Assembly (NCBI GenBank): GCA_050950285.1
Contig: JBMNHG010000002.1
Location: 186,001-248,295 of the forward strand
Length of the DNA stretch: 62,295 bases
DNA from: Kiritimatiellia bacterium
GTDB taxonomy: Bacteria > Verrucomicrobiota > Kiritimatiellia > RFP12 > JBMNHG01
Direction: 5' to 3'
Part shown: positions 19,828 to 30,800 of the stretch, piece after piece
Layout of the letters: each line of letters starts with the position of its first letter
Position numbering within the stretch: position 1 is the stretch's first letter
The notes under the pieces: model-generated
Seen by the model: the letters and a program-made list of their open reading frames with translations, nothing else
Told to the model about the DNA's origin: nothing
The model's database searches: none
Made by a program: the position numbers and the translations under genes

Positions 19828-21530
19828 AGGGACGGATCGGATACGTCTTTTCCGCCCTCCTTCTCGCCGCCGGCACCGTCGTTGCGCAGGAGATCGCCAT
19901 GGAAACGCTTCGCGAAAACCTCGCCGCATACCTCCGCGATCCCCTGTTGGACGCGCCGGTTGCGCCCGGCGAAGTTCCCCGGGAAATGCCTCCCCCCTTC
20001 TCCGGCGACGGCACGTGGGAGGATGTGGACTACGCATCCCGCCGGTCCAGCGATTGGCCTGCGAAACTCCACCTTCGCCGCCTGCACGTGCTGGCGAAGA
20101 ACCGCGACGCCGACGCCGCCAACCAGGCGTTGGCCGCCTGGATCCGACTGGACCCGCAAAGCGACAACTGGTGGAACCAAAGCATCGGCACGCCGAAGAG
20201 CCTGTGCGAAACGATGATTCTCCTGGGCGAGGATCTCGACCCTGCGCTCCGGACCTCCATCCGCCCGCTTCTCGACCGTTCGAAGCCCGGCATGACCGGG
20301 CAGAACCGCACGTGGCTCGCCGGCATCCATGTGATGAAAGGCATCCTCTATGGCGACGAGACCGCGATCCGGCAGGGCCGTTCCATCCTGCTTTCGGAAC
20401 TGCGCATCGTCCCGGCGGGGAAGGAAGGCCTCCAGGGCGACTTCACCTACCACCAGCATGGACCCCAGATGCAGCTCGGCAACTACGGGCTCGGATTCTT
20501 CCGCGAAATGACCCGCTGGGGCGTCGCCTTCGAAGGGACGCCCTTCGAGCTTCCGGCCTCGCGGAAGGATCTTCTCGAACACTTCTTCCTCGAAGCGCTC
20601 CGGTGGCCGATGTATCGCGGGAGCCTCGACCTTTCCGCCTGCGGCCGCCAGCTGGTCGGAGATTTCCCTGCGACCAAGTACCGGTCCATCCTCGCCGGCG
20701 CGCGCGCCCTCCAGCGTGTCGGGCGGCTGGAAGGATTCGACTTCCAAACCGTCGATGGCCTCGTCGGCTCGCGCTACTTTCCGCGAAGCGCCTACCTCGT
20801 GCATCGTCGGCCCGGATGGTACTTCTCCGTGCGGATGTGCGCACCGGATCTCATCGGCGCCGAGACCGTCAACAACGAAAACCTGCTCGGCAAATTCACG
20901 GCCGACGGCGCCACCTTCTTCCGTACGCACGGCGGGGAATACGACGGCGTGCCCCCGTTGTGGGATTGGCGCCGCATTCCCGGGACCACCGAACTCTACC
21001 GCGAGAAGGAAGATCTCCGGGCCGGAGGCTTCCGCAACCAAGGTCCGGGCGCCAGCGCATCGGGAGAGGCCGGCGAGGATGGGACGGCCTCCGCGAAACT
21101 GTGCCTGCGAGTGGATGGCCTGCGCGCCGACAAGGAGTGGCGCTGCACGCCGGATGGCGTCGAAGCCATCGGCTCGAACATCGCTTCGGATGTCGACGCG
21201 CCGGTCATCACCACGATGGACCAGCGCCGGTTGCTGGGGCCCGTGCTGGCCATACGGGACGGCATCGCCACGCCGATTCCCGAAGGCGACGAAGTCCTGC
21301 CCCTGCCCGTCCGCATCGTCCACGACGGCGTCGAATACGACGTTCGTTCCGCGGACGGCGTGCTTCATGTCATCCAGGAAACCCGCACGGGGGGCTGGCA
21401 TCGGATGAATGCCGCGCGGCCCGTCACGCCGATGGAGGGCCGCGTGCTCACCCTCCTCATCGACCATGGCGTGCGTCCCTCGAACGCCGGATACCGCTAC
21501 ATCCTCCGCCCCGCCGCCGAGGTGCACTGA
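19824..21530 (+). CDS. Polysaccharide lyase family 8 (chondroitin AC/hyaluronate lyase-like), secreted
   Basis: Signal peptide. Motifs NWWNQSIGTP, MTGQNRTW, EGLQGDFTYHQHG..LGNYG and WDWRRIPGTT. Confidence 0.9.
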   Translation: MKGRIGYVFSALLLAAGTVVAQEIAMETLRENLAAYLRDPLLDAPVAPGEVPREMPPPFSGDGTWEDVDYASRRSSDWPAKLHLRRLHVLAKNRDADAANQALAAWIRLDPQSDNWWNQSIGTPKSLCETMILLGEDLDPALRTSIRPLLDRSKPGMTGQNRTWLAGIHVMKGILYGDETAIRQGRSILLSELRIVPAGKEGLQGDFTYHQHGPQMQLGNYGLGFFREMTRWGVAFEGTPFELPASRKDLLEHFFLEALRWPMYRGSLDLSACGRQLVGDFPATKYRSILAGARALQRVGRLEGFDFQTVDGLVGSRYFPRSAYLVHRRPGWYFSVRMCAPDLIGAETVNNENLLGKFTADGATFFRTHGGEYDGVPPLWDWRRIPGTTELYREKEDLRAGGFRNQGPGASASGEAGEDGTASAKLCLRVDGLRADKEWRCTPDGVEAIGSNIASDVDAPVITTMDQRRLLGPVLAIRDGIATPIPEGDEVLPLPVRIVHDGVEYDVRSADGVLHVIQETRTGGWHRMNAARPVTPMEGRVLTLLIDHGVRPSNAGYRYILRPAAEVH

Positions 21531-21542
21531 AAGGAACTCCCC

Positions 21543-23132
21543 ATGCGCTGCGTCACCAGCCAGGAAATGCGTGAACGCGACCGCCGCGCCATCGAAGGCG
21601 GGACGCCGGGATGGACGCTCATGCGGCGCGCCGCTTTTGCCGTGGCCCGCGCGGCATGCCGCCTCGCGAATCTCGCGGGCATCCGGGACATCGTCGTTCT
21701 GGCGGGGCGCGGCAACAACGGCGGCGACGGATGCGTCGCGGCGCGTCTCCTTCGCGATGCCGGATTCCGCGCGCGGCTCTGGCTCGCCGCCCGTCCGGAA
21801 TCGCTTGCGGGCGACGCCCGAACCGCCTTCGACTTCCTCGATGCGGGCGCGGAACGCGGCCCGTCCGCTCCCGTCCCCGTCCGAATCCTTCCGGAAGCGG
21901 AGGATTGGGAGGCGCTGGAGGCCTTCGACCTCCCCTGTGCGAAGCCTCTGGTAATCGACGCCCTGCTCGGAACGGGGGCGCACGGCGCGCTGCGGGAGCC
22001 GATCGATGCGGCGGTCCGCTTCCTCGAACGGGTGCGACGCCAGTGCAACGTCCTGGCCATCGACCTGCCCACGGGCGTCGACGCCGACACCGGCGAAGTG
22101 CTCCCCCACCACGTCGTCGCCGACTGGACGGTCACGCTCGCCGCCCCCAAGATCGGCATGACCCATCCTGCGGCGCTTGCCGCACTGGGCCATGTGGACG
22201 TCGCCGACATCGGCCTCGGGACTGCGGACGCCCCCGGCCCGCAGGACGAAACGATTCCCGGCATCCTGGTTCCGGCAGAACATGGGAACCCGGAGTCCAT
22301 CCGCCGCCGGGAGGCCCACAAGGGGGATTTCGGCCATGTCTTGATTGCCGGCGGCTCCATCGGTTTCGGGGGCGCCCCCGCGCTGGCGGCCCTGGGGGCG
22401 TTGCGTTCCGGCGCGGGGCTGGTCTCGGCGATCGTCCCGATGGGGGCCGAAGGGGCGCTCGCCGCCTGGGCGCCGGAGGCCATGGCCCATCCCCTCCCCT
22501 CCCCGAACGGCTGGCTTGCACCCGCAGCGCTTCTGGCGTGGGGTCGCAATCCCGCCGAGTTCGACGTTCTCGTCGCAGGGCCGGGACTCCGCAAGACCGC
22601 AGACACGGCCGATCTGGTGCGCATGTGGCTGGCGGACGAATCCATCCGGCGCATCCTGCTCGATGCGGACGCCCTCAACGTGCTGGAAGGCGCGCTCGCG
22701 GACGAAGGCTGCGCGCCGCTTTCCGCCGACCCCGGACGACTGGTCCTCACCCCGCATCCGGGCGAGGCGGCGCGCTTGCTGGGGGTCCCGGCCGCGGAGG
22801 TGCAGATGAACCGCGTCGAAGCCGTCCGGACGCTCGCGCGCCGCGCCAACGCCGCCGTCGTGCTCAAGGGGGCGGGATCGCTCGTCTGCATCCCGAACGG
22901 CACGCCGCTTTTGAATCTCACCGGGAATCCCGGCATGGCCACGGGAGGAAGCGGCGACGTGCTGGCCGGCGTGATCGCCGCGCACTGGGCCGCCGGAGCG
23001 GACGCGCTGGACGCCGCGGCCCTCGGCGTGGCGCTCCACGGAACGGCAGGCGACGAGGCGGCGTGCCGCAAAGGACAGCGCGCCTTGCTGGCCCGCGACA
23101 TCGCCGAAGCGCTCGGCGGAAGCGGCCGCTAG
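21543..23132 (+). CDS. nnr: Bifunctional NAD(P)H-hydrate epimerase/dehydratase (NnrE-NnrD)
   Basis: Motifs GRGNNGGDG, IDALLGTG, AIDLPTG, HKGDFGHVL, DADALN, LTPHPGE and MATGGSGDVLAG. Confidence 0.95.
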   Translation: MRCVTSQEMRERDRRAIEGGTPGWTLMRRAAFAVARAACRLANLAGIRDIVVLAGRGNNGGDGCVAARLLRDAGFRARLWLAARPESLAGDARTAFDFLDAGAERGPSAPVPVRILPEAEDWEALEAFDLPCAKPLVIDALLGTGAHGALREPIDAAVRFLERVRRQCNVLAIDLPTGVDADTGEVLPHHVVADWTVTLAAPKIGMTHPAALAALGHVDVADIGLGTADAPGPQDETIPGILVPAEHGNPESIRRREAHKGDFGHVLIAGGSIGFGGAPALAALGALRSGAGLVSAIVPMGAEGALAAWAPEAMAHPLPSPNGWLAPAALLAWGRNPAEFDVLVAGPGLRKTADTADLVRMWLADESIRRILLDADALNVLEGALADEGCAPLSADPGRLVLTPHPGEAARLLGVPAAEVQMNRVEAVRTLARRANAAVVLKGAGSLVCIPNGTPLLNLTGNPGMATGGSGDVLAGVIAAHWAAGADALDAAALGVALHGTAGDEAACRKGQRALLARDIAEALGGSGR

Positions 23133-24187
23133 CCGGACTTTCGCTATTCGCGGTCGGCCAAAACTTTTTTGCCGATTTGAAGGTCGTTTCGACCCCGTTT
23201 TCGGCCGTTTTCGAGCGTTTTTGCTCCAAAAACGGTCGGAAAACGCCGTTTTTCACACTCCCCGTTTTCAAAAAGCGCTTGGCGACAGACCTGCCCCGTT
23301 TACAAGTTTTCGAGCCCTTCCTTAGCCTCGTGCGACGTGCTCCTCTGCGACCTGACGAGCACGTACTTCGAGAGCGACCCGCCCTTCCCGCCGGGGGACA
23401 AGCGCGCGCACGGCTACAGCCGGGACCATCGCGGCGACTGAGTGCAGATCGTCATCGCGCTGGTGGTCACGCCCGACGGGCTCCCCAGGCAGTCGCTCGG
23501 CTATGCGACGTTGCTCCAGAAGATCGGCGCCGCCAGGCACGACGCGGGCCGCGACCAGCGGCATGTCCGGATCGACCTGCCAAAGCCGCCCCGGGATGAA
23601 AGCGAACCCGTTACTTTTCCCTGCCGCCTCGACTACGCAAAGCTCCGGGAGGCCCATCGCCGCGAAGGGCGCTACCTGCTACGCTCGAACCTCCTGGAAA
23701 ACAATCCCAAGGACCTCTGGGAGTTCTACATGCGGCTGGGCGAAGTCGAACAGGCCTTCAGGACGCTCAAGGGGGACTTGGGACTCCGGCCCGTCTACCA
23801 CAGCCGGGAATCGCGCATCGAAAGCCACGTCTTCGTCGCCTTCATCGCCTACAGCCTCTCGGCGACGCCGAGGCTCATGCTTTCGCAGACCGCCTCGGGG
23901 CTTACGCCCCGGGCGGCGATCGAGATGCTCTCGGCGATCCAGATGATCGACGTGCACTTTCCCATCGGCGACGCCCGGGATTTGGTCTTCTCCCGCTACA
24001 CCACGCCGGAGGCGGACCAGAAGCTGATCCTGGACGCTCTCGGATGGGAGCTTCCCCCGCAGAACCCGCCGAAAATCACGACCGGAGGGAAAGTCGAAAC
24101 AGGCCGTCTGGCGACAGACTTTTAAAAAGGTTTTGTTGATTTCCAACGACTTACGTCGTCTTTTTCGCTCGAATAGCGAAAGTCCGG
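23133..24187 (+). mobile_element. Internally deleted IS1634-family insertion sequence remnant
   Basis: Perfect 18-bp terminal inverted repeats CCGGACTTTCGCTATTCG (23133-23150 and 24170-24187). Flanks are CTAG (left) and TTAG (right). Confidence 0.85.
23333..24125 (+). pseudogene. IS1634-family transposase fragments
   Basis: DLTSTYFESDPP...GYSRDHRGD*VQIVIALVVTPDGLP (premature TGA at 23439), then EGRYLLRSNL...VEQAFRTLKGDLGLRPVYH...RIESHVFVAFIAY. N-terminus and middle are missing. Confidence 0.85.
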
Positions 24188-24289
24188 TTAGTGGCTTCGT
24201 GGTGAAACAACTTGTTTTTATCGTGTAATGATTCCGTTTCTGACAGCGAAGAATCCACAATGCGAAGGGGTGCAGAAGTGGCCCAGTCA

Positions 24290-26071
24290 TCAACGCCAGT
24301 AATAGTTCCATGTGTAGCCGAGGTCAAGCGGCGTTTTCGGCTCCAGTGTCACCGTCCAGGTGATGCGGCCGACTCCGTTGAAATGACGCCACCACCACGG
24401 CCAGGAGAACCAGCCCCACCAGTAGGGATACGGCCCGCCCGCTCCGGCAAATGTCGGACTCTCAAAAACGTTCGCCATCTCCGTCCTGCCGTTGTTGTCG
24501 GCAGAGTCCACATTGCCGAGCACGTGGCGTGTGATTTCTATTTCCACCGCATCCTTGCGGAAGTTGGTGAGCGTGATCTTGCCGGCCAGGTCGACTCGAC
24601 CGTATTGATCGCCTTGCCAATTGGCTGCATTGGGCGTCCGCTTTGTTTCGTTGTCGGTTTTCTCGACGCGGATATCCACGGCGGCGGTGATGTTCAGGTC
24701 GGCATCGGCTTTGGGTGCCGTGTAGGTCATTAGCCCCTGCGCGAGCAGACGGTCATCCTTCAGGATCAGGGCCGGGGCGGTGGTCAGCGGATACTCGCTG
24801 CTGTTGAACAGCCGGATCTTGTGCATGACTTTCGGCGCGTTGAACAACTGCGCCAACTCGGCCTGCCGGTTGTTGTCGAAGTTGCGCCAAAGTTCCGGCG
24901 GCGGCGCAAAGGGGATGTCCAGTGCGAACACGTCCTTGTACTTCATTGTGTATTCGCCGATCGTGAACACCATGCGTTGGCCTTTCTTCATCGAGACATG
25001 GTTGACGGTGAAGATGAACAGGTCTTCGTTCGTGCCCGATTCGGCCACTTCCGGTCCCAGATCGAGCGTGCGGCCGGGGGCTGGCGCCGCATTAGGGCGG
25101 TCATAGCCGAGCCCCCTCCACCCCCCCGATATAACTTGCGTGCCGATGGCATTGGCGAATCCGTAGGCGGTCTTAGCCTCCTGCTGGAAGTGCTGCGAAA
25201 GCTGAGCCACGGTCTGCTGCAGAGAGATCGGATCGGGCGTGTCCTTGAAATCGAAGGTGGGCACACCGATCACAAGGTGCGCCGTCACATCGTCCATGTC
25301 GGTGAGTTCATTGATGAGTGTGGCTTGCAGCCGGACGGTCGCCTGGCCCTTGCCGTCAATCGTCACCTTGTAATTCGGGATCCAGCGGACACCGCGCTGA
25401 AGGTAGAGCAGCCCCACGTCGGCACTTTTCTGGGGTTTGCTGCCGCTCCACTCCATCTTCAGCGTGAGCAGGTTGCGGAACTCCTCCTCCTCGACGGTCT
25501 TGCGATAGTCGCCGGTGAAGCGAATATCCTGAATGCGGTCGAGGGCGACAACCTTGATGCCGGTGTCTGTCTTGAGCAAGGCCACGCTGCCTTTCTGCCG
25601 GAGCTTCTCACCGGAGTTGGGCGGGTTGGTGGCTTCCTGCTCGTCGCCGCTGCGGGCGGGGATGTCTATGATCGTGGCCGCATATGACACCTGACTCGTG
25701 CCGGACGGCACTTCGGTGACGATCACCTGTGCGCCGACATTGGCCTCGATCAGCTCGCGCAGATTGAGCGCGGTCCGCTCGACCAGTACCTTTCGTTGAC
25801 TGGCAATGACGGCGCCGAGCTTCGTCCTGCGATCCGCCGAAAACGGCCAGAACGTTCCGATGACCGGTGTAGGCAGGTAGTCCATGACCACGTTGCCGGC
25901 CTCATCAGTCGGCATCTTGCCGCTGTGAAGCACAAACGCGTGGCCGTCCTTGAACACCGTGACTTCCTTCACAGGCATGCGGGCAAGCGCCTTGAATGGC
26001 ATCGGAGACTCGGCGAAACTACCCGCCGCCAGTAGAACAGTCATTATGCAACCGACAATGATCTCCTTCAT
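24290..26071 (-). CDS. Secreted DUF4139/DUF4140-like protein
   Basis: RBS GGAGG, signal peptide MKEIIVGCIMTVLLAAGSFA, PVKEVTVFKDGHAFV, YLQRGVRWIPNY. Domain call is from recalled pattern. Confidence 0.7.
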   Translation of the reverse strand: MKEIIVGCIMTVLLAAGSFAESPMPFKALARMPVKEVTVFKDGHAFVLHSGKMPTDEAGNVVMDYLPTPVIGTFWPFSADRRTKLGAVIASQRKVLVERTALNLRELIEANVGAQVIVTEVPSGTSQVSYAATIIDIPARSGDEQEATNPPNSGEKLRQKGSVALLKTDTGIKVVALDRIQDIRFTGDYRKTVEEEEFRNLLTLKMEWSGSKPQKSADVGLLYLQRGVRWIPNYKVTIDGKGQATVRLQATLINELTDMDDVTAHLVIGVPTFDFKDTPDPISLQQTVAQLSQHFQQEAKTAYGFANAIGTQVISGGWRGLGYDRPNAAPAPGRTLDLGPEVAESGTNEDLFIFTVNHVSMKKGQRMVFTIGEYTMKYKDVFALDIPFAPPPELWRNFDNNRQAELAQLFNAPKVMHKIRLFNSSEYPLTTAPALILKDDRLLAQGLMTYTAPKADADLNITAAVDIRVEKTDNETKRTPNAANWQGDQYGRVDLAGKITLTNFRKDAVEIEITRHVLGNVDSADNNGRTEMANVFESPTFAGAGGPYPYWWGWFSWPWWWRHFNGVGRITWTVTLEPKTPLDLGYTWNYYWR

Positions 26072-26132
26072 GTCTTCGCTCCTCCCACCGTGGCGGATAT
26101 TGCCGTCGGGGTTCTGTTTTTGCAACCGTGTT

Positions 26133-27120
26133 CACTAGCATCCCATAGGCTTGCCGAAATCACTCCTGCCTTCCCCCGCTGGAGGCCAGCGCACGCGATC
26201 AAGACGGGAACGTCGGGCCGGATTGAAAAAAAAGGGCAGACCTCCCGGCCGTCTGCCTGTAGCCTACAGGCATTATGAAAAAAAATCGACCAGGGCGCGT
26301 AAACGCGCAACCGAGAGGCCAGCGAGAACATCGTACACCACCCTGCGCCAGATCGTCCAGTGGATTCCCGCGGGATTGCCGGACAAGATCGCGCGCGACG
26401 CCGGGGCGGACATCCGTGGATTCTCCTGCGCCAGCCATGTGCTGGCGCTGCTCTACGGCCATATCGCCCGCGCGGGCAACCTGAACGAGATCTGCGACGC
26501 GGCCCGGCTGCACAAGCCGGAGCTGAACCGCATCCGGGGCGCTACGGCCCCGAAGCGCAACACCTTCTCCAACGCCAACCGGAGGCGCGACCCGGAGATC
26601 GCGGAGCGGCTCTACTGGGAGGTGTTCGAGCACCTCCGGACCGGCGGATACTCAAGGACCAGACCATACGCCTGCGGGGCAGGCTGACGGCGGGAAGTAC
26701 CCCGGGCCCCTGCGCCGCGTCGCCGCCGTCGTCGAGGTGGACGGGCTGGATCGGGAAATGGCGTTCATCAAGCACGTCTCGAAATGGGGACTGAGCTTTT
26801 CCCGGCTCGCCGGGGTCGTCAGGTCCGCCGTCTGGATGAAGATCGACCTGCTCGACGCCCTGCGGAAGTATGGGACGGCAGGCGGCCCAAAGCGCCCTGT
26901 AATTGTCGGGAAACAGCTCTATTTCCAAGGATTCGAGCCATTCGCGAGCCGGCCCGTAGGATAGCACATGCCCCAAAACCCCTGTTTTCGGGCATCCTGG
27001 CCGATCGCGCAGGCAAACACGTTTTCCGGGAACGCCTTTGAAATCGCGATAAAACCCTGCAAATCAATGGGGGGAAAGGGGGCAGTATGCCCGTTTTCAG
27101 CCGCCTATGGGATGCTAGTG
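26133..27120 (+). mobile_element. Deleted IS4-family (DUF4372-type) element remnant
   Basis: TIRs CACTAGCATCCCATAGGC / GCCTATGGGATGCTAGTG identical to the element at 42856-44412. Transposase fragments YTTLRQIVQWIPAG...ERLYWEVFEHL and WGLSFSRLAGVVRSAVW, with a frameshift in an A8 run near 26278. Confidence 0.9.
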
Positions 27121-27143
27121 ACCTCGGGAAAGGAAAACAAGGC

Positions 27144-27172
27144 TTGCCGCCGCCGTTGGCCCGTGCTACGCT
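27144..27172 (+). promoter_or_regulatory. Sigma70-type promoter of the Rhs operon, possibly leaderless
   Basis: TTGCCG, 17 nt spacer, TG-C-TACGCT; ATG at 27180 lies 7 nt after the -10 box. Confidence 0.55.
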
Positions 27173-27179
27173 CCCCACC

Positions 27180-27833
27180 ATGGATACAAGTTGCATGTCC
27201 TCCCTTGGGCCGCGGTTCCGGCGGCGCGCCGTTTTTCTCCGGGCCGTCGCCGCCTGTGCCGCCGCGGCGCTTGCCGCGACCGCGCCGGCGCTGACGCTCG
27301 ACGTGCCGCGCCTTCCCGCGCCCGCTTTTGCCGACCGCGAGGCGTCCGCCGACGCCGCCATCCCCGCGTCCGCCGCCGGCAACCTGCGGCGCTTCCGCCT
27401 GGAGCTTTCCTTCGACGCCACCCCCTCGAACAACGTGCAGGCCGCCTTCGGGCGCGACGCCGCGCCGCACGACGGCGCGCTGGCGGCGGAGGAGACGGCC
27501 TTCGTCGTCGGCTGGGACGGCGGCGAGTGGTTCCTGCGCCCCGCCGGCCTGAAGGAACGCTTCGCCCACGCCCCCTCCGACGGCCCGGCACCCCGGAGGC
27601 GGACCCTCCACGCCGCCATCCGGGTCGACGCGGCGGGCGTCCCGGCGTCGGTCGCGTTCGGCGACGATGCGGGCGCCTTCGCCTTCGAGGGGCTCCCAGC
27701 CTCCCCGCCGCCCCCCTGGCTTTCCCCGGGGGAGTGGGACCTCCTGCGGGTGACCGTCCGCGGCGCGGCGGCCGCGGAGGAGGACGTCCTCGTCCGCTTC
27801 CTGCCCGACGGCGCCGTGATCCTTCTGCGGTAG
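27180..27833 (+). CDS. Secreted hypothetical protein, partner gene directly upstream of rhs
   Basis: Signal peptide RRRAVFLRAVAACAAAALAATAPA. Ends in DGAVILLR*. Stop lies 4 nt before the rhs ATG. Confidence 0.75.
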   Translation: MDTSCMSSLGPRFRRRAVFLRAVAACAAAALAATAPALTLDVPRLPAPAFADREASADAAIPASAAGNLRRFRLELSFDATPSNNVQAAFGRDAAPHDGALAAEETAFVVGWDGGEWFLRPAGLKERFAHAPSDGPAPRRRTLHAAIRVDAAGVPASVAFGDDAGAFAFEGLPASPPPPWLSPGEWDLLRVTVRGAAAAEEDVLVRFLPDGAVILLR

Positions 27834-27837
27834 AGCC

Positions 27838-30800
27838 ATGGGACTCCTGCAGTCGATGCACCATTGGATGTTCGCGGGCGCCTGCCTGCTGGCCGGCGTG
27901 CCGCTGCTCTTCTGCCTCGGCGCCTGGGCCGGGACGTCGCCCGGCCTGCGCCGCCTCTTCCGCGCTCTCGGCGACCGGTTCCGCTCGCTTGCGCCCTCCG
28001 TCAGGGCGGCGCTCTCCGCCCTCCTGGTGGTCGCCACCCTGCACGGCGTCCCGAAGGTGCCGCCCGGCGGCAATGCCCCGTCTTCCGGCCCTCCCCCGGC
28101 GGGCATGGTCTCCGGCGGCCTCCCGGCGCGGCCCGCGCGCGGCCCCTCCTCCGGCCCCCGCCTGACCGCCGGCCAATACCGGGCCGGCTTCGCGCTCGCG
28201 CGCGTCGCCACCAATCCGTCTCCCGCCCTGGCCTCCGTCCCGTCGAACGCCGTCGTCCACGCCCCCTGGACCCGCTACGGGGTGGCCGAGGACACCTTCT
28301 GGCTTCCCGCCACCAACTGGTCCTTCACCCTCGGCACCAACCGCGTCGGGGGGCTGCACGTCTCCAGCAGCGGCACGCTCTCCTTCGGTTGGCCCAAGGG
28401 CTCGCCCCGCGCCCGCCGGATGCCCGACGGCTCGGGCCTCGACTTCCTCGCCCCCCTGCAGACCTCCCTCGGCATCGTCCCGCCGGCCGGACGCTTCTGG
28501 CACGCCCCGACCGCCTCCAACAGCCTGCTCCTCGCCTGGCAGGACGTCTTCGCCGGCCGCGACGCCGGCCTCCCCGTCACCTTCCAGGCCGAACTCTTCC
28601 CCTCCGGCGACTTCGTCTACCGCTACGACTTGTCCCGGCTGTCCGCCACCAACGCGCTGCCCGCCACCAACTGGGTCGTCGGCGCCCAGCACGGCGGCGG
28701 CGGCGAGACCTTCGCCTTCGGCGGCACGGGCGTCCTCGTCCACGGCCTCGAGCTCCACTGGCGCGCCTTCGGCATGCTCGACCCGGACATCGCCGACCAC
28801 GACGGCGACGGACTCTCCACCTGCGACGAAGTGATGGTCCACGGCACCGACCCCCGCCTGCCCGACACCGACCTCGACGGCGTTTTGGACGGCGCCGAAG
28901 TCGCCGCCGGAACGAGTCCGCTGCTCCGCGACACCGACGGCGACGGGCTCGTCGACGGCTCCGACCCCGACCCGCTGTCCCCGACGCCGCCCGACGACCT
29001 CGACGGCGACGGCATCCCCGACGCCTGCGAAACGGCGAAGTTCGGCGGCACCAACGCGGTGGACAGCCTCGCCTACGATCCCTACGACACCGGCTTCCCG
29101 CTCTCGACGAAGATCGCCGCGGGCATGGACCCCTTCGCGGAGGCTTCCGCTCCGACGAACCTCGCCTGGAACCTCGCCTCCCTCAAGCTCTTCGACGCCT
29201 TCCGGTGCGACCTCCCCGCCGACGGCACGAACCGGGTGTACGAACGCACCTTCACGATCGACCGCAAAGGCGGCTGGCAGCAGTACTTCCTCTCCGCCTC
29301 CTCGAATGCGCCCGCAGGCTGGTCGCTCGACGGCATGGCGCTCGAGTGGGCCGACTCCGAAGGCGGCTCCGGCACCGCGACCGCCTCGCCGCCCGACGAC
29401 AGCCTCTGGCTCCCCGTCTCGACGAACGCGCTGCAACTGACCCTCGCGCTCCGCGCCACCTCGACGAATTCGACCTGCCCACAGCCGCTGTACCTGCTGG
29501 CCTGGGCGCCGGGCGTCCTCGTGGACGGCGCCGGGGCGGCGGCGGAAATCAACGGCGCGCGCTGCCAGGCCGTCGAATGGACGGGCGGCGGGACGTCGGT
29601 CGGCGTCCGGTACGACTTCTCCAACCGCCCCTGCCGCGCCGCGCCCTCCGAGATGGAACAGGCCGCGCTCCTCGACCCGTTCCCCGGCGAAGCCCGCCTC
29701 GTCTTCACGCCGGACGGCGGCTTCACGGGCGGCTCGCTCGCGGCGAAGGCGCCCGGCATCTACGACGTGCCCGGATGCACGATCGCCCCCGCGCCGCCCC
29801 CGGCGCGGCGGGGCGCCCGGGGCGCGGGCGGCAGGGGCGACCCCGGGGAAGGCCCGGTCGAACGCCTCCTCTTCTTCGAACCCCGCATCGCCTACGGCGA
29901 CGGCCGCCACGGCGGATGCGGGACCACGCTCTTCTTCGACGCCGCGACGGGCGACTACGAGCCCGCTTCCGACTACCCCCTCGACAGCCGGTGCCTCCGG
30001 GAGGGCTGGCGGCAGGATGCCACGGGCGGCCACCCGTGCGACTGCAGGGCCGAAATCGGCTACGGCGACCCGGCGCTGGCCGCGTACTTCGACGAAACCG
30101 TCGAAGACGACGGCCTTCGCGCCACCGGCACCATCTTCTTCGACGGCAGGCCGGTCTGGAGCGGGGAGGCCATCCACCGCGTCGGCGAAAGATGCCACGA
30201 CCCCTTCTACGACGAATGCGGCGACTGCGCGTCCGGATGCGCCGACGGCGACTGCGACGGCCTCGAAGGCGACGGCCTCGGCTCGCTCGCCTTCCGCATC
30301 CCCCTCGGGATCCCCCGCGACGGCCAGGTCTCCGGCTTCCTCTGGTTCCGGGCGACGGAGCCGCTGCTCGTCGCGCCCTCCACCTTCAACCTGCTCGCCC
30401 GCGACGACGCCGCCGTCGCCGAAAGCGCCGCCGGCGGAACCCGCACCATCGCCTGCTCCGACGCCCGAGGCCGCACCGTCGTCGTCGAACCGATCGCCCA
30501 CGGCGTCCGGATCACCGTCCGCAAGACCGCCGGCGACGAACTGGAGCACGTCTGGGAGATCGCCAACGTCGGCGGGAGCCCGCGCCAAGTCGCGTTCAAG
30601 AAGATCAGCCGCCGGGACAACGTCATGCGCGACGTCGTCTACTCATATCGTGGGGATGGGGAGTGGGCGTGCTTCGACAACATCTCCCAACTTTCCGAAC
30701 AGGTGCTTCGCACCGACACGCTCGACGACGGCCCCCACGGCGTCCTCCGCGAGGAACGCATCGTGCGCGACGCCGCCGGCGCGATCCTCTCGCGGGACGT

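Noticed and set aside
26275..26290. Programmed frameshift in the A8 run of the IS4 remnant
   Set aside because: The related intact transposase is in one frame and this copy is otherwise deleted, so decay is the simpler explanation.
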